Positions 47,111 to 59,272 of a DNA stretch of 64,000 nt are shown piece after piece (position 1 is the first letter of the stretch; each line of letters starts with the position of its first letter). This DNA comes from Macrostomum lignano. Taxonomy: Eukaryota. Position numbers and translations under genes: made by a program. A model generated the notes under the pieces. That model was not told the origin of the DNA and did no database searches. It was given only the letters and a program-made list of their open reading frames with translations. The stretch covers positions 62,001 through 126,000 of the forward strand of contig NIVC01001526.1 of the NCBI GenBank assembly GCA_002269645.1. Direction: 5' to 3'.

Positions 47111-48614
47111 AAGATCTAGAATTTTTTGGAAGGTCAGCTGACCTTTACCCCCGTCCCCCAGGATGAGCCATTGGATAGCCTTGTTAATTTTCTCAGTGAA
47201 TCACCTTGAGACATTACGCTCGTAGTTTACTTTAACAAAAGTTGAAAAACTGTTTTTAGCAGCCGTTTATTCACATCATCAAGCGTTATAGTAACAGTTT
47301 AGAGTGGACCCGGGTGGTTGTCGCTATGTTCATGTATGCCCGTTCTAAGAAGCTTCGCATGATAAAGTATAAGAATCTACGATGCAGAAGTTATCTTTTC
47401 TTACCTTCATTGAGTCTTGCACAAATACGCAATGATGCACATTATAATTGTATTTTTATCCATTACTGCAGCTCAAGCTCTCTCGCTCACTCAAGGGAGT
47501 CTGGAGGGTTGGGCGTTGAGAGCCTTGGCAACCGAAAACTAGAATTGCAGGTAAGGCTGGGTTGTGTGCGTATTAGCGCCTGCCATCTTTTCAACAGTAA
47601 ATAGGAGAGTTTACAGTCTTACCTTGTGAGTGTTTGAGACTCGTAGACTTGTTGTTGTCCTGCGCCGCGCATTCTCGTGGCTTAAGTTGGTTGGACTTGA
47701 ATAATGTGCAATTTAGAGAGTCGAAAGGCATATTAGTTTGGTCTGGTCTGTGAGGCTGTTTACATTATCAATTCTTGCGAAGCTAATAATCAGGCAATGG
47801 AGACTTTTTCCAACGATTTTTAATTGCTTCAGTCCGTGATTCTTTTATCTTTAGTGCTACTGTACACACAGCTTTGCTTGTCAGTCAATTAGGAATTCGA
47901 AGTACTGTTTAAAAGTGATTTAGCTATAGCGCTGAAAATTTCAACATCCTTGATCATTTAACTTGACCTCATTAATTGGGGGAGGGAGGGATTGACAAGA
48001 AAGTGTCATTAGAGTTTCACTCTTCATCCTAATTGGGCAGCATTGTAGCAGTATCAAGTTTTTTCATGCGACAGTCTTCTATAGTCGTAAGATTTTCGAC
48101 AACGGCTTTCCGACCGAGCAGCCCCTTATTCATGACTTAATCCAGAGTGGCAGAAGTTAACTGCTCCTAAGCTCACACTGACTGCAAAAAGCTATCGTGT
48201 GACGTGTTGCATTTGCATGTGCAATTACGAGATGCATGGCCAAGGACAACTTGAAATCACTTAATTATTGTGAGACTCCCATCCTGAGGGATTAAGTTGT
48301 CCTTGTGCATGGCTAGTGAGGATTTACCACAGACAGTCCCGGCGCTTCGTGCCCGTCCCCCGCTAACTCTTCTCACTGAGTCAATGGGCTTTCGGCCATA
48401 GACAGCTGGACAACTAAGATGGGATGCTACACTCAAAAATCTCAAAACATTATATTTTTTGTTTATTTCTTCTTCGCTTAATTGTCGGTCTGCAGTCGGT
48501 AGCATTTCATAAAAAATAGTTTAAATTTGACTTGAGTGCACCTCGGACAGTACACGTACCTTTTATTTGCAATGCGGATGTCCTGAAATGTAGCTTAGAA
48601 AAGTTAAGAAACAA

Positions 48615-49598
48615 TATAGGATTTTTCGTTTGATTTCATAAAATAGCCATTTGATTTCGTCCATAGAAGTTGGCAGCGCGGCCATAGAGTCTATGGCAAT
48701 AAAGTACACTGTTTTCCAATTGAATTCATAACTTTGCCACTTCATTTCGACATACCCAGTAGAAAGGCAACAGAAAAGTCGATGCGCTTGTCCAGTACAG
48801 AAAGAACTGTTAAAAGCAGAAAGCTGTGTATTTAAGTCACATGAGGAAGTAGACAGTTGCAACAGTGAAATCAGTTATGTCCGCCAAAGTTAATGCTCGT
48901 TCGCTGCAACAAGCTACAAATTTCACATTATCTGCTGCTCATTGATGCACAGGGGCAGAAACCGCATCACATGTCGTTCCCAGGCAAGGCACTTCGCGGC
49001 GGAAATTTCCTCTAGTGCAACGTAGCCGCAGCGGAAAAGCACCATGAGTCTCCACTGCGTTAGGTTGATGCCATCAGGCGGATAGCTAAGTTCCTGTTGA
49101 AGCTCAGGTGTTGCTAGCTGGCGTTTAAGCGAAGCCTTGAGACAACTGTGTGCCTGCTCCGCGGCGTTAGGAAATGGAGTACACGTCACTATGGAGTACA
49201 CTGTCTGTTTGTTGATGTTGAGCCATCGCGCTATGTCCGTCACTTTCTCACCCCTGTTCATTGCTTCAATGACAAGATGCCTTCTGTCGTTTCCAATGGA
49301 CGCGTATGCAGCCATTTTTAGGCACACAAGGAAGGTGACTGTTGCCCAAGAAGAGGACACGTTCATTAGGCTTTTCATTTCTATGAGAGGTTTGGCCATA
49401 GATATTCACCCACTGATATCCCAGCCCCCTCTGGCAGTGTTTGAGCCACTCCGCGCGCCAAGTCGAAATGAAGTGGAAAAGTTATGAATTCAATCGGACA
49501 ACAGTGCACTTTATTGCCATAGACTCTATGGCCGCGCTGCCAACTTCTATGGACGAAATCAAATGACAATTTTATGAAATCAAACGAAAAAACCTATA
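48615..49598 (-). mobile_element. Internally deleted IS630/Tc1/mariner-superfamily transposon
   Basis: TIRs of about 135 bp (ataggatttttcgtttgatttcat..catttcgac / gtcgaaatg..atgaaatcaaacgaaaaaacctat) in TA context. Residual ORF joins an HTH (RRHLVIEAMNRGEKVTDIARWLNINKQTVYSIV) to a C-terminus (PFPNAAEQAHSCLK..CLAWERH). Confidence 0.8.
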
Positions 49599-50583
49599 TT
49601 AGGAGCAATTATAACACGCGTTCTGCTTGTATTTTTGCTGGCTGAGAAGCTTTTAGTAAAATTTAGCCTGCAAGATAGTCTGCTTTATTTTTACTGACCG
49701 ATGACAACACGCGTCACTAAACTGATTTTAATTAGAAGTAGCCAATGCTAGTATAGTATAATGCTAGCATAGTATTATACTATACTAGCGAGGATAATGT
49801 ACGAAATATAAGTAACTAAATTTGATCAAATAAGCATATGATAGACACTTGTACATAAAGATAAGCGTTGTCGCATTTAAAAGAATTTACAGAAAAATAG
49901 GCCACTGTGGTGAGAGACGAATTACCAGTATAGAAAGTAGAGTACATTAGGCTATAGCATTGAGTTTACGGTCGGCAATGACCCTTTATATAAACTTTGC
50001 TGGTCGCCAAGTCAGGTAGAAACTGATCCCAATTAAATAATTTGAGTACGAGTATACAGAAACAGATCTACAGATGTCACTTATCACAGAATCGCTCTGC
50101 TTGTTATCAGTTAGATAGCATTTTAGTTGTGACACCAGCGAGATACTAAGAAAAGTTACAACTATTTACATTTTCACAGCCCTGATCAGAGTTAGCAGAG
50201 TTTTTGGTTGTTTCGAAAAGAAACTTGCTTTTGCTAAACTTTAAACAAGCTGGAAAAATTGGACGGAAGTTTTCTTCGGGGTGACAAATCGGGTGATCAA
50301 GAGGTTGTAGAGAGACAAAAAATTGAACAAACTAAGCGAAACCAACCGGAATGCAAGCGAAATCAGAACTAAAAGCAGCAAAACAGCAGCAATAAGCACA
50401 AACAGTAAGCGGATATTCCATTTGCGCAAATCTATTCTAAACTGTTTACGTGTTATCGTTTAAAATTAGGATTGCTTATTTAAGTTAAATTTGATTACTT
50501 TTGAATACAGGCAAGTTAATATATCTTATAGCAGTTGGAGACACTTGATCATGGTCAATTGGCTTGATGCTAGCCAAGCCAGG

Positions 50584-51291
50584 TTAGAAAACGGTCTTGG
50601 ATCGGCTCATCGTACCCTCGCCTTGCTTGCTGGGCACGCCCGTTCTTGTGTAGAACGTGTCATTAATAAGACGCGTCCGACCAAACGGCGGCTTCTTGAT
50701 GTCCTCGATCTTGATCACGTCGCCCAGCTTCCAGCCGTACTCCCAGGAGGACACGATGGGGAACTGGAACTTGTCCTCCGGAGCCTTGTCTGTGCGCTGC
50801 TTCAGGTACTGTCTCCTGTTGGGTTGTTAATTGGTCAGTAAGGTCTGATAACAGGTAAATCTTCGTGCCTCTACGGGGTCTTACCTGCCCTTTCCTTCAC
50901 GGCTGAATCCTTCGTAAAGCAGCTGCTTAGTCTTCGGCGAAATCGGCCGCATCTCCACGCACAGCTCTTGACTGTCGCCCTGCAGTCGGTCGATAGCGTC
51001 CAGGACCTCTTGGTTCTCGTCTCGCTTGGGCTTCAAATGCTTCTGCGACTTGAACTTGTCCACCTGTTCGCGCAGCTCCTCTGTCATGGTTGGCGCCATC
51101 TCGAGCTTCTTTCTGAACACCTCCATCTGGCGGCTCTTGTGCTCGACAGGCTGGCCGCCTTGCTCAGCGGCCAATCGTTCCCGTTCGGCTTTCTTCTTCA
51201 TGTACCAGTGCAGCTGGCTGTCCGTCTCTTTAGTGTAGCGCTCCTCCAGGCTCTTCTGAGCCGCAATGTCCGCTGGATAGTTCCTGGACAT
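50584..51291 (-). CDS. SPMIP1: Sperm/ciliary microtubule inner protein, SPMIP1 (ATP6V1FNB)-like, 2 exons
   Basis: Exons 51291-50885 and 50815-50584, 69-bp GT-AG intron. MSR..EERYTKE N-terminus and MRPISPKTKQLLYEGFSREGKGRRQYLKQR..PEDKFQFPIVSSWEYGW..DTFYTRTG resemble the family signature as recalled. Confidence 0.7.
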
Positions 51292-51974
51292 TTTCGTGCC
51301 AACTTTTTACTGATTTGAAAATTTTCTTGGCTCTCTGCAGGTTGTTGCTCGCGCTCTCCGGAGACGCTTTAATGCCGGCCTGCTGCTCCAGGTTCTCCGG
51401 AGTTTTTTACAGGTAAACGAAGGGACGGGCGCGAGCAGCCTTCTCACCCAGTTGTTGCAACAGCCAATCGGCATCTCTGCAGTGCACGAAGAGTCCCGTT
51501 TGCTTTTCGTATCGCTCTTCTTTTTCTGTTTCGCTATCGTTGCATTTGCTGACGAATGAAAACTTGCTGCAGCTTTTTTTTTACCTTGACAACCGGACCG
51601 TCCTCCTCTGAGTCTGTCGTTATATCGCTGCTCAGTCGCTCTACTCTCTGTCTGTTCGAGAATTTTTTTAAAGTGTTCTTTGGGTGTGCCGTAGGGCGAC
51701 AATTAAAATAGAGGCAGAGAGCCAGAAAGAGAGTCTCTTATCATCGCATTTTATCGCCGTCTCTAGTTTTCCAGACTGTTTCTCTATTTTGCTCTTGTCT
51801 GCGCGTGTCTGTTAGTTTTGAAAGCGCTGTGGGGACTTGGGTTGAGCTTTCGAACATTGAAGAACTCGATTCCAAGTAGTATAATATCACTCGCCTACTT
51901 CAAGTAGTTGAACATGCGAGTACAAAGTAGAAAGTTACACAATACGAGCTGCAAAGTATTACGATTTAAAAAAT

Positions 51975-52495
51975 GGCTTGTGAATTCTCTCGGCAGTGAC
52001 CTGTCTCGGTAGTGACCTGTCTCGTCAGTGACCTGTCTCGGCAGTGACCTGTCTCGGCAGTTGACCTATCTCGGTAGTGACCTGTCTCGGTAGTGACCTG
52101 TCTCGGCAGTGACCTGTCTCGGCAGTGACCTGTCTCGGCATTGACCTGTCTCGGTAGTGACCTGTCTCGGCAGTTGACCTATCTCGGTAGTGACCTGTCT
52201 CGGCATTGACCTGTCTCGGCAGTGACCTGTCTCAGCATTGACCTGTCTCGGCAGTGACCAGTCTCGGCATTGACCTGTCTCGGCAGTGACCTGTCTCGGC
52301 ATTGACCTGTCTCGGTAGTGACCTGTCTCGTCAGTGACGTGTCTCGGCAGTGACCTGTCTCGGCAGTGACCTGTCTCAGCAGTGACCTGTCTCGGCATTG
52401 ACCTGTCTCGGTAGTGACCTGTCTCGTCAGTGACGTGTCTCGGTCTCGGCAGTGACCTGTCTCGGCAGTAAACAGCCTCGGCAGTGAACTGTCTC
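51975..52495. repeat. 16-bp minisatellite
   Basis: Unit gtgacctgtctcggca. Confidence 0.95.
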
Positions 52496-53084
52496 GACAC
52501 TGATCATTTGCCGACTAATCTTTCCTTTATTTATTTCTCTTTATATATTCCTTTAATTCCTTTATTAGGAGCGAAACAAAAATTTTATCCAAAAAGTTTT
52601 TTCAAATCAACGTCGACCCCCCCTCCCACTTTAAATCCGTGTTTCTCCTGCTGCAGTAAAAAATGTCAAATGTTTACCTTTCCAAGTTTTCGCCAATGTT
52701 TGTTGGTTTAAATAACGAAATTTAGTGAAGAGGCCGAAAGAAGCGTTTACTCGCGGAATCCGACAGCTGTTCCAGTTGACATTTATATGGTACCTAATAT
52801 ACTATGCACCCTCTACCTGTAAGGGTTGGTTTTGATTGTATCGAATTCCCAATACCCTTTCTGCTATTTTTAGTTTTTTACCTTTTCCTACAAAAATTTC
52901 ATAAACATTTATACTCACGGCTTATAAAAGCATCTGCCTATTGATAAATCTGACTGGTCGACGTGACCTTTGAAAGATATTCTAAAGGACACGGGAGGTC
53001 CAAAGACCAAAACCTGGAGCAGCAATTACTCCCCAAAACAGGGGCTTACGCAGGAATTCTAATTGTAGAGGGTCGCAACTCTGA

Positions 53085-55780
53085 AGGGGCGCCAATATAA
53101 TTTGGTGTCTTGGTTGGCGCCCCTGTCTCTTGGTTGGCGCCCCTGCCTCTTAGTTGACGCCCCTGCCTCTTAGTTGACGCCCCTGTCTATTGGTTGGCGC
53201 CCTGCCTCTTGGTTGGCGCCCCTGCCTCTTAGTTGACGCCCCTGTCTATTGGTTGGCGCCCTGCCTCTTAGTTGGCGCCCCTGTCTATTGGTTGGCGCCC
53301 TGCCTCTTGGTTGGCGCCCCTGCCTCTTAGTTGACGCCCCTGTCTATTGGTTGGCGCCCTGCCTCTTAGTTGGCGCCCCTGTCTATTGGTTGGCGCCCTG
53401 CCTCTTGGTTGGCGCCCCTGCCTCTTGGTTGGCGCCCCTGCCTCTTAGTTGACGCCCCTGTCTATTGGTTGGCGCCCTGCCTCTTAGTTGGCGCCCCTGT
53501 CTATTGGTTGGCGCCCTGCCTCTTGGTTGGCGCCCCTGCCTCTTAGTTGACGCCCCTGTCTATTGGTTGGCGCCCTGCCTCTTAGTTGGCGCCCCTGTCT
53601 ATTGGTTGGCGCCCTGCCTCTTAGTTGGCGCCCCTGTCTATTGGTTGGCGCCCTGCCTCTTGGTTGGCGCCCTGCCTCTTGGTTGGCGCCCCTGCCTCTT
53701 AGTTGACGCCCCTGTCTATTGGTTGGCGCCCTGCCTCTTAGTTGGCGCCCCTGTCTATTGGTTGGCGCCCTGCCTCTTGGTTGGCGCCCCTGCCTCTTAG
53801 TTGACGCCCCTGTCTATTGGTTGGCGCCCTGCCTCTTAGTTGGCGCCCCTGTCTATTGGTTGGCGCCCTGCCTCTTGGTTGGCGCCCCTGCCTCTTGGTT
53901 GGCGCCCCTGCCTCTTAGTTGACGCCCCTGTCTATTGGTTGGTGCCCCTGTCTATTGGTGGGAGCCCCTGTCTCTTGGTGGGTGCCCCTGTCTATTGGTG
54001 GGTGCCCCTGTCTATTGGTTGGCGCCCTGTCTCTTAGTTGGCGCCCCTGTCTATTGGTTGGCGCCCTGCCTCTTGGTTGGCGCCCCTGCCTCTTAGTTGA
54101 CGCCCCTGTCTATTGGTTGGCGCCCTGCCTCTTAGTTGGCGCCCCTGTCTATTGGTTGGCGCCCTGCCTCTTAGTTGGCGCCCCTGTCTATTGGTTGGCG
54201 CCCTGCCTCTTGGTTGGCGCCCCTGCCTCTTGGTTGGCGCCCCTGCCTCTTAGTTGACGCCCCTGTCTATTGGTTGGCGCCCCTGCCTCTTAGTTGACGC
54301 CCCTGTCTATTGGTTGGCGCCCTGCCTCTTAGTTGGCGCCCCTGTCTATTGGTTGGCGCCCTGCCTCTTGGTTGGCGCCCCTGCCTCTTAGTTGACGCCC
54401 CTGTCTATTGGTTGGCGCCCTGCCTCTTAGTTGGCGCCCCTGTCTATTGGTTGGCGCCCTGCCTCTTAGTTGGCGCCCCTGTCTATTGGTTGGCGCCCTG
54501 CCTCTTGGTTGGCGCCCCTGCCTCTTGGTTGGCGCCCCTGCCTCTTAGTTGACGCCCCTGTCTATTGGTTGGCGCCCTGCCTCTTAGTTGGCGCCCCTGT
54601 CTATTGGTTGGCGCCCTGCCTCTTGGTTGGCGCCCCTGCCTCTTAGTTGACGCCCCTGTCTATTGGTTGGCGCCCTGCCTCTTAGTTGGCGCCCCTGTCT
54701 ATTGGTTGGCGCCCTGCCTCTTGGTTGGCGCCCCTGCCTCTTGGTTGGCGCCCCTGCCTCTTAGTTGACGCCCCTGTCTATTGGTGGGTGCCCCTGTCTA
54801 TTGGTGGGTGCCCCTGTCTCTTGGTGGGAGCCCCTGTCTATTGGTTGGCGCCCTGCCTCTTAGTTGGCGCCCCTGTCTATCGGTGGGTGCCCCTGTCTAT
54901 TGGTGGGAGCCCCTGTCTATTGGTGGGTGCCCCTGTCTATTGGTGGGTGCCCCTGTCTATTGGTGGGAGCCCCTGTCTATTGGTGGGTGCCCCTGTCTAT
55001 TGGTGGGTGCCCCTTGTCTCTTGGTGGGTGCCCCTGTCTATTGGTGGGTGCCCCTGTCTATTGGTGGGTGCCCCTGTCTCTTGGTGGGTGCCCCTGTCTA
55101 TTGGTGGGTGCCCCTGTCTATTGGTGGGTGCCCCTGTCTCTTGGTGGGTGCCCCTGTCTATTGGTGGGTGCCCCTGTCTATTGGTAGGTGCCCCTGTCTA
55201 TTGGTGGGTGCCCCTGTCTATTGGTGGGTGCCCCTGTCTATTGGTGGGTGCCCCTGTCTCTTGGTTGGCGCCCCTGCCTCTTGGTTGGCGCCCCTGTCTA
55301 TTGGTGGGTGCCCCTGTCTATTGGTGGGTGCCCCTGTCTATTGGTGGGTGCCCCTGTCTATTGGTGGGTGCCCCTGCCTCTTGGTTGGCGCCCCTGCCTA
55401 TTGGTGGGTGCCCCTGTCTCTTGGTTGGCGCCCCTGCCTCTTGGTTGGCGCCCCTGTCTATTGGTGGGTGCCCCTGTCTATTGGTGGGTGCCCCTGTCTA
55501 TTGGTGGGTGCCCCTGTCTATTGGTGGGTGCCCCTGTCTCTTGGTTGGCGCCCCTGCCTCTTGGTTGGCGCCCCTGTCTATTGGTGGGTGCCCCTGTCTA
55601 TTGGTGGGTGCCCCTGTCTATTGGTGGTGCCCCCGTCTATTGGTGGGTGCCCCTGTCTATTGGTGGTGCCCCCGTCTATTGGTGGGTGCCCCTGTCTATT
55701 GGTAGGTGCCCCTGTCTATTGGTGGGTGCCCCTGTCTATTGGTAGGTGCCCCTGTCTATTGGCGGGTGCCCCTGTCTCCT
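53085..55780. repeat. 19-20-bp minisatellite, about 2.7 kb
   Basis: Units ctcttggttggcgcccctgc and ctattggtgggtgcccctgt. Confidence 0.97.
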
Positions 55781-57668
55781 GGTCTCCTTTCAGACAGGCT
55801 GATTACAGGTCTTCAGTTTATACAAAATACATCTTACCTCCATTCCCTGCTTCCTTCTACACTGTCGTTTCAAAAATTTATCAACTTCTATTTTTAGAAA
55901 AAATCCAACTAAAATTAAAATAGGTCGTACTGCTTACTACTGATAAACACTTGTATGCATTTCAGAGCGGCACAAGACCCATAGTTGATTATTATTGTAA
56001 CTTACTCTGTCGCAAGCGGATTATGTTTTTCAATGATTCAAGTATTAAATCCATTTAACTAAATGGAAATATTTTACTCAAATAGCTAAGGCTCTGTTTC
56101 TATTCTCTTTCTAACTAATGATGACAAGAGACTGCAGCTTTGTAGATGTGAAAATAGCCCTTACAAACAGACAGGCGACCTTACGGCCGGATTAAAATGC
56201 AACATCCGTGTTGCGGTGGGGTACAATCACGATTTCCGCACATGCAGACAGCGGGTTGTCAGGCCATGCAGCCTTTCTGACCCTTTTTGACATTCGCTCG
56301 GCTCCATTGTACGAAGAATGCCCGAAACGTCAGTCATTGAAAGTTCCGGCTGCAGACGCTAGAATTCAACAACAAATTGCACGGTGCATTCCCTGCGCAC
56401 GATCTGGCATTTGTGCAGGGCGAGCCCGAGCCCAACAACTATTTCAGGCAGCAACACGGGCGGCTGGCTTTTTTTGCACGGGTCCTGCGCTGCGTGTTAC
56501 ACATTTAGATAATTTGAATGCTCGACAAAGTTATCTATTGCCATCTTTTACTAGCATATAGTTAGGCTAAAGTTTAGCGCATAAAAAACTAAAACGAAGC
56601 AATTACTAAAGATTGACAGCTCCGGATAGTGAAGAAGACGTTTTCGGAGCCAGAAGCAGGGGGGGGAGAATTTAAGCATGGGGATATTTGTGCCGCAGCG
56701 AGTTGAACCTTGAAATCCCAAGCAGCCTTTAAAACGGTTTATTTGATAGAAAATGCTGAAAATTACATCTACGTAGTAGCTAAATGCAAGCGAACAGTCC
56801 GTCTGTCTGTTTATTTATCTATATTTAAATATGCACGCATCCTATGCAACCTAAGTGTATTTTTCTCGAGCATAATTCAAAGTACAAAGTAGTTAAAGGA
56901 AACATTTTAAAGGATTTGTTCAGGGACCAGCTGGAACTGGATTAGCTATAGTTAAAAATCCTTTCTAGACTTTCTCCTGTGAAAGCCATTCTGCATACTC
57001 GTGGCATGGTTGCGTCTAGTGCTCCATCTTTTAGGATTTTTTACATAAGCTGCTGGACAACGAGAGCGCACTGTTAGCAGCTTCCTTCCTTCCCCCTCTC
57101 TTAGATTAGCAAGCAGTTTATAGGCTACTATGGTAGATGGAGACAATTTTCAGAAGTGACCCAACTGCTGAGAGGCTGCGCTTCTTTCTCCCTTCTGCCC
57201 CTCCGTGCACCGGGGAAGCCAACAGCATTGATTGGATCTGGTGCGCCACAGCACTCATCCCCTCTCTCTCTCGTGCTCGTAAATCTCCAACACAGAGTGG
57301 TGACCATATACTATATAGCCAGGCTGAAGTTTACACTGTCCCGAAAAAAAATTGTGTTTAATCCGTTGCCATGCCGACAAAATGAACGCACAGAGCGCCT
57401 TTATACAGTTGCAGCCGAGCGCGACTAGAAATTATCAGGTAAACAAAAACTTTGTTGCTGTTCAGCTATTTTTATTCATTCTGTTTCCCCTCTCTAACTG
57501 CGATGGTAATACAAACATAATGCTACTTTTGTCTGCCATTGCTGTCGTTTCATCGTTAATAAACAAGAAATCAAGGAAAATGCAAATTGAGATTTTGATG
57601 CATTACTGCCCATTCCGCCGACTCCCTTGAGCAGGCACACAAGCGCGCGGATACGTACGCAGTCATAC

Positions 57669-58392
57669 CAAGGACGACTTAAGTAGAAGGACAGGAAACC
57701 TCGTTTCTTGGAAAAATTTTGAAGACCGGCTTTTCCGAAAAAATACACCAAGGAGATAGGAAGTTTTCATTTTTTTCAGCATTAAAATTGTTATTGCTTT
57801 TGATTGGAGGCAGATCCAGTGTTCATCTTTTAATATGTTGTGCCTTTTTATTGCTCTATCGATACGAGCTATTCATAAAGCTTTTTGTACAAAGAATTAG
57901 GATTCAGGATTAGGATTAGGAATTAGGATTGCAATTTTTTTATTCTACGTACATTTCCTGTACCTAACAATCATAAAACGCATGGCACAGCTCCAATCTT
58001 TGGTTCTATGAATCTATTTTATCATCTCTGTTGCAGTCAGCTAAGAATGACAAAAAAGACTCATAAAACCAAAAAGCTGAGCCGTTCTATTTTGATGGCT
58101 TTTAGGCACAAGACACGTGCAAATGTACGTAAAATAAAAATTAACATACGCTCGTAGAATCCTAATTGTTTGAACAAAAAGCTTTATATATATCGATAGA
58201 GCAATAAAAAAGGCACAAAATATTAAAAGATGAACACTGGATCTGCCTCCAATCAAAAGCAATAACAATTTTTGTGCTGAAAAAATTAAAACTTCCTATC
58301 TCCGTAGTGTACCAGTATTTTATCGGAAAAGCCGGCCTTCAAAAAATTTCCAAGAAACAAGGTTTCACGTCCTTCTACTGAAGTCGTCCTTG
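57669..58392. mobile_element. Foldback/MITE, about 720 bp, almost no spacer
   Basis: aaggacgacttaagtagaaggac / gtccttctactgaagtcgtcctt; internal ttgattggaggcagatccagtgttcatctttt / aaaagatgaacactggatctgcctccaatcaa. Confidence 0.85.
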
Positions 58393-59026
58393 AGTCCTAC
58401 GCACAGGCACACACTCACACAGGAGTGTACAGCGGCCCTAACTCTATTTATCATTAGACATGTACTTTTCACTGTGCCTTGGGGGTTGGCCTTCAAAGCC
58501 GTTAATTGCACGAGCCATTTTTTGCTTGACACATTTTTATGCTTATTTTTAAGTATACGAGTATACAAGTAGAAATGGTACTTTGCTGAAAAATGTTAAC
58601 GTTGCCTTCTCATCCCGTGTCCAGACAGTCGTTTAAAGCAACTGCTGGCAACCAATCAACTTTCAGCTCCGCAGTCTCCGCGCTTCACTGGGGACGAGAT
58701 TCCCCCCCCAACCACCACCCCACGCCTGGCCACAGCCAATCAGAATCTAGCTAGACTTAAGCCAGCATTGATTTTCTTTACCTGACTCTCTATCTTTTCA
58801 TCTGCTAGACTGCTAATGTACTTTTCAAGATCTGTGTTTTCCTATTCAAAATCGGCTTCAAATGCCTCTGGAAGCAGATCGGCTGCTTCAAATTTTGGGG
58901 GACCGAGATTTCTGCAGCCAATATCAATGGGCTACTATGTGAGTTGGCTCAGTGAGTAACTAGTGTAGGGATGATATTGCGCAATGCGTTATATTCATTC
59001 ACCCATCCGTCCATCCAGTTTACATG

Positions 59027-59272
<246 letters not shown>

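Noticed and set aside
51307-51702. 131-aa basic ORF upstream of the SPMIP1-like gene
   Set aside because: Non-ATG start, no recognisable motif; likely 5' UTR or promoter.
53249-55923. Many Trp/Pro/Leu-rich ORFs
   Set aside because: Translations of the 20-bp minisatellite.
56208-56561. 117-aa ORF in a GC-richer island
   Set aside because: No recognisable domain or consistent splice frame; cannot be supported.
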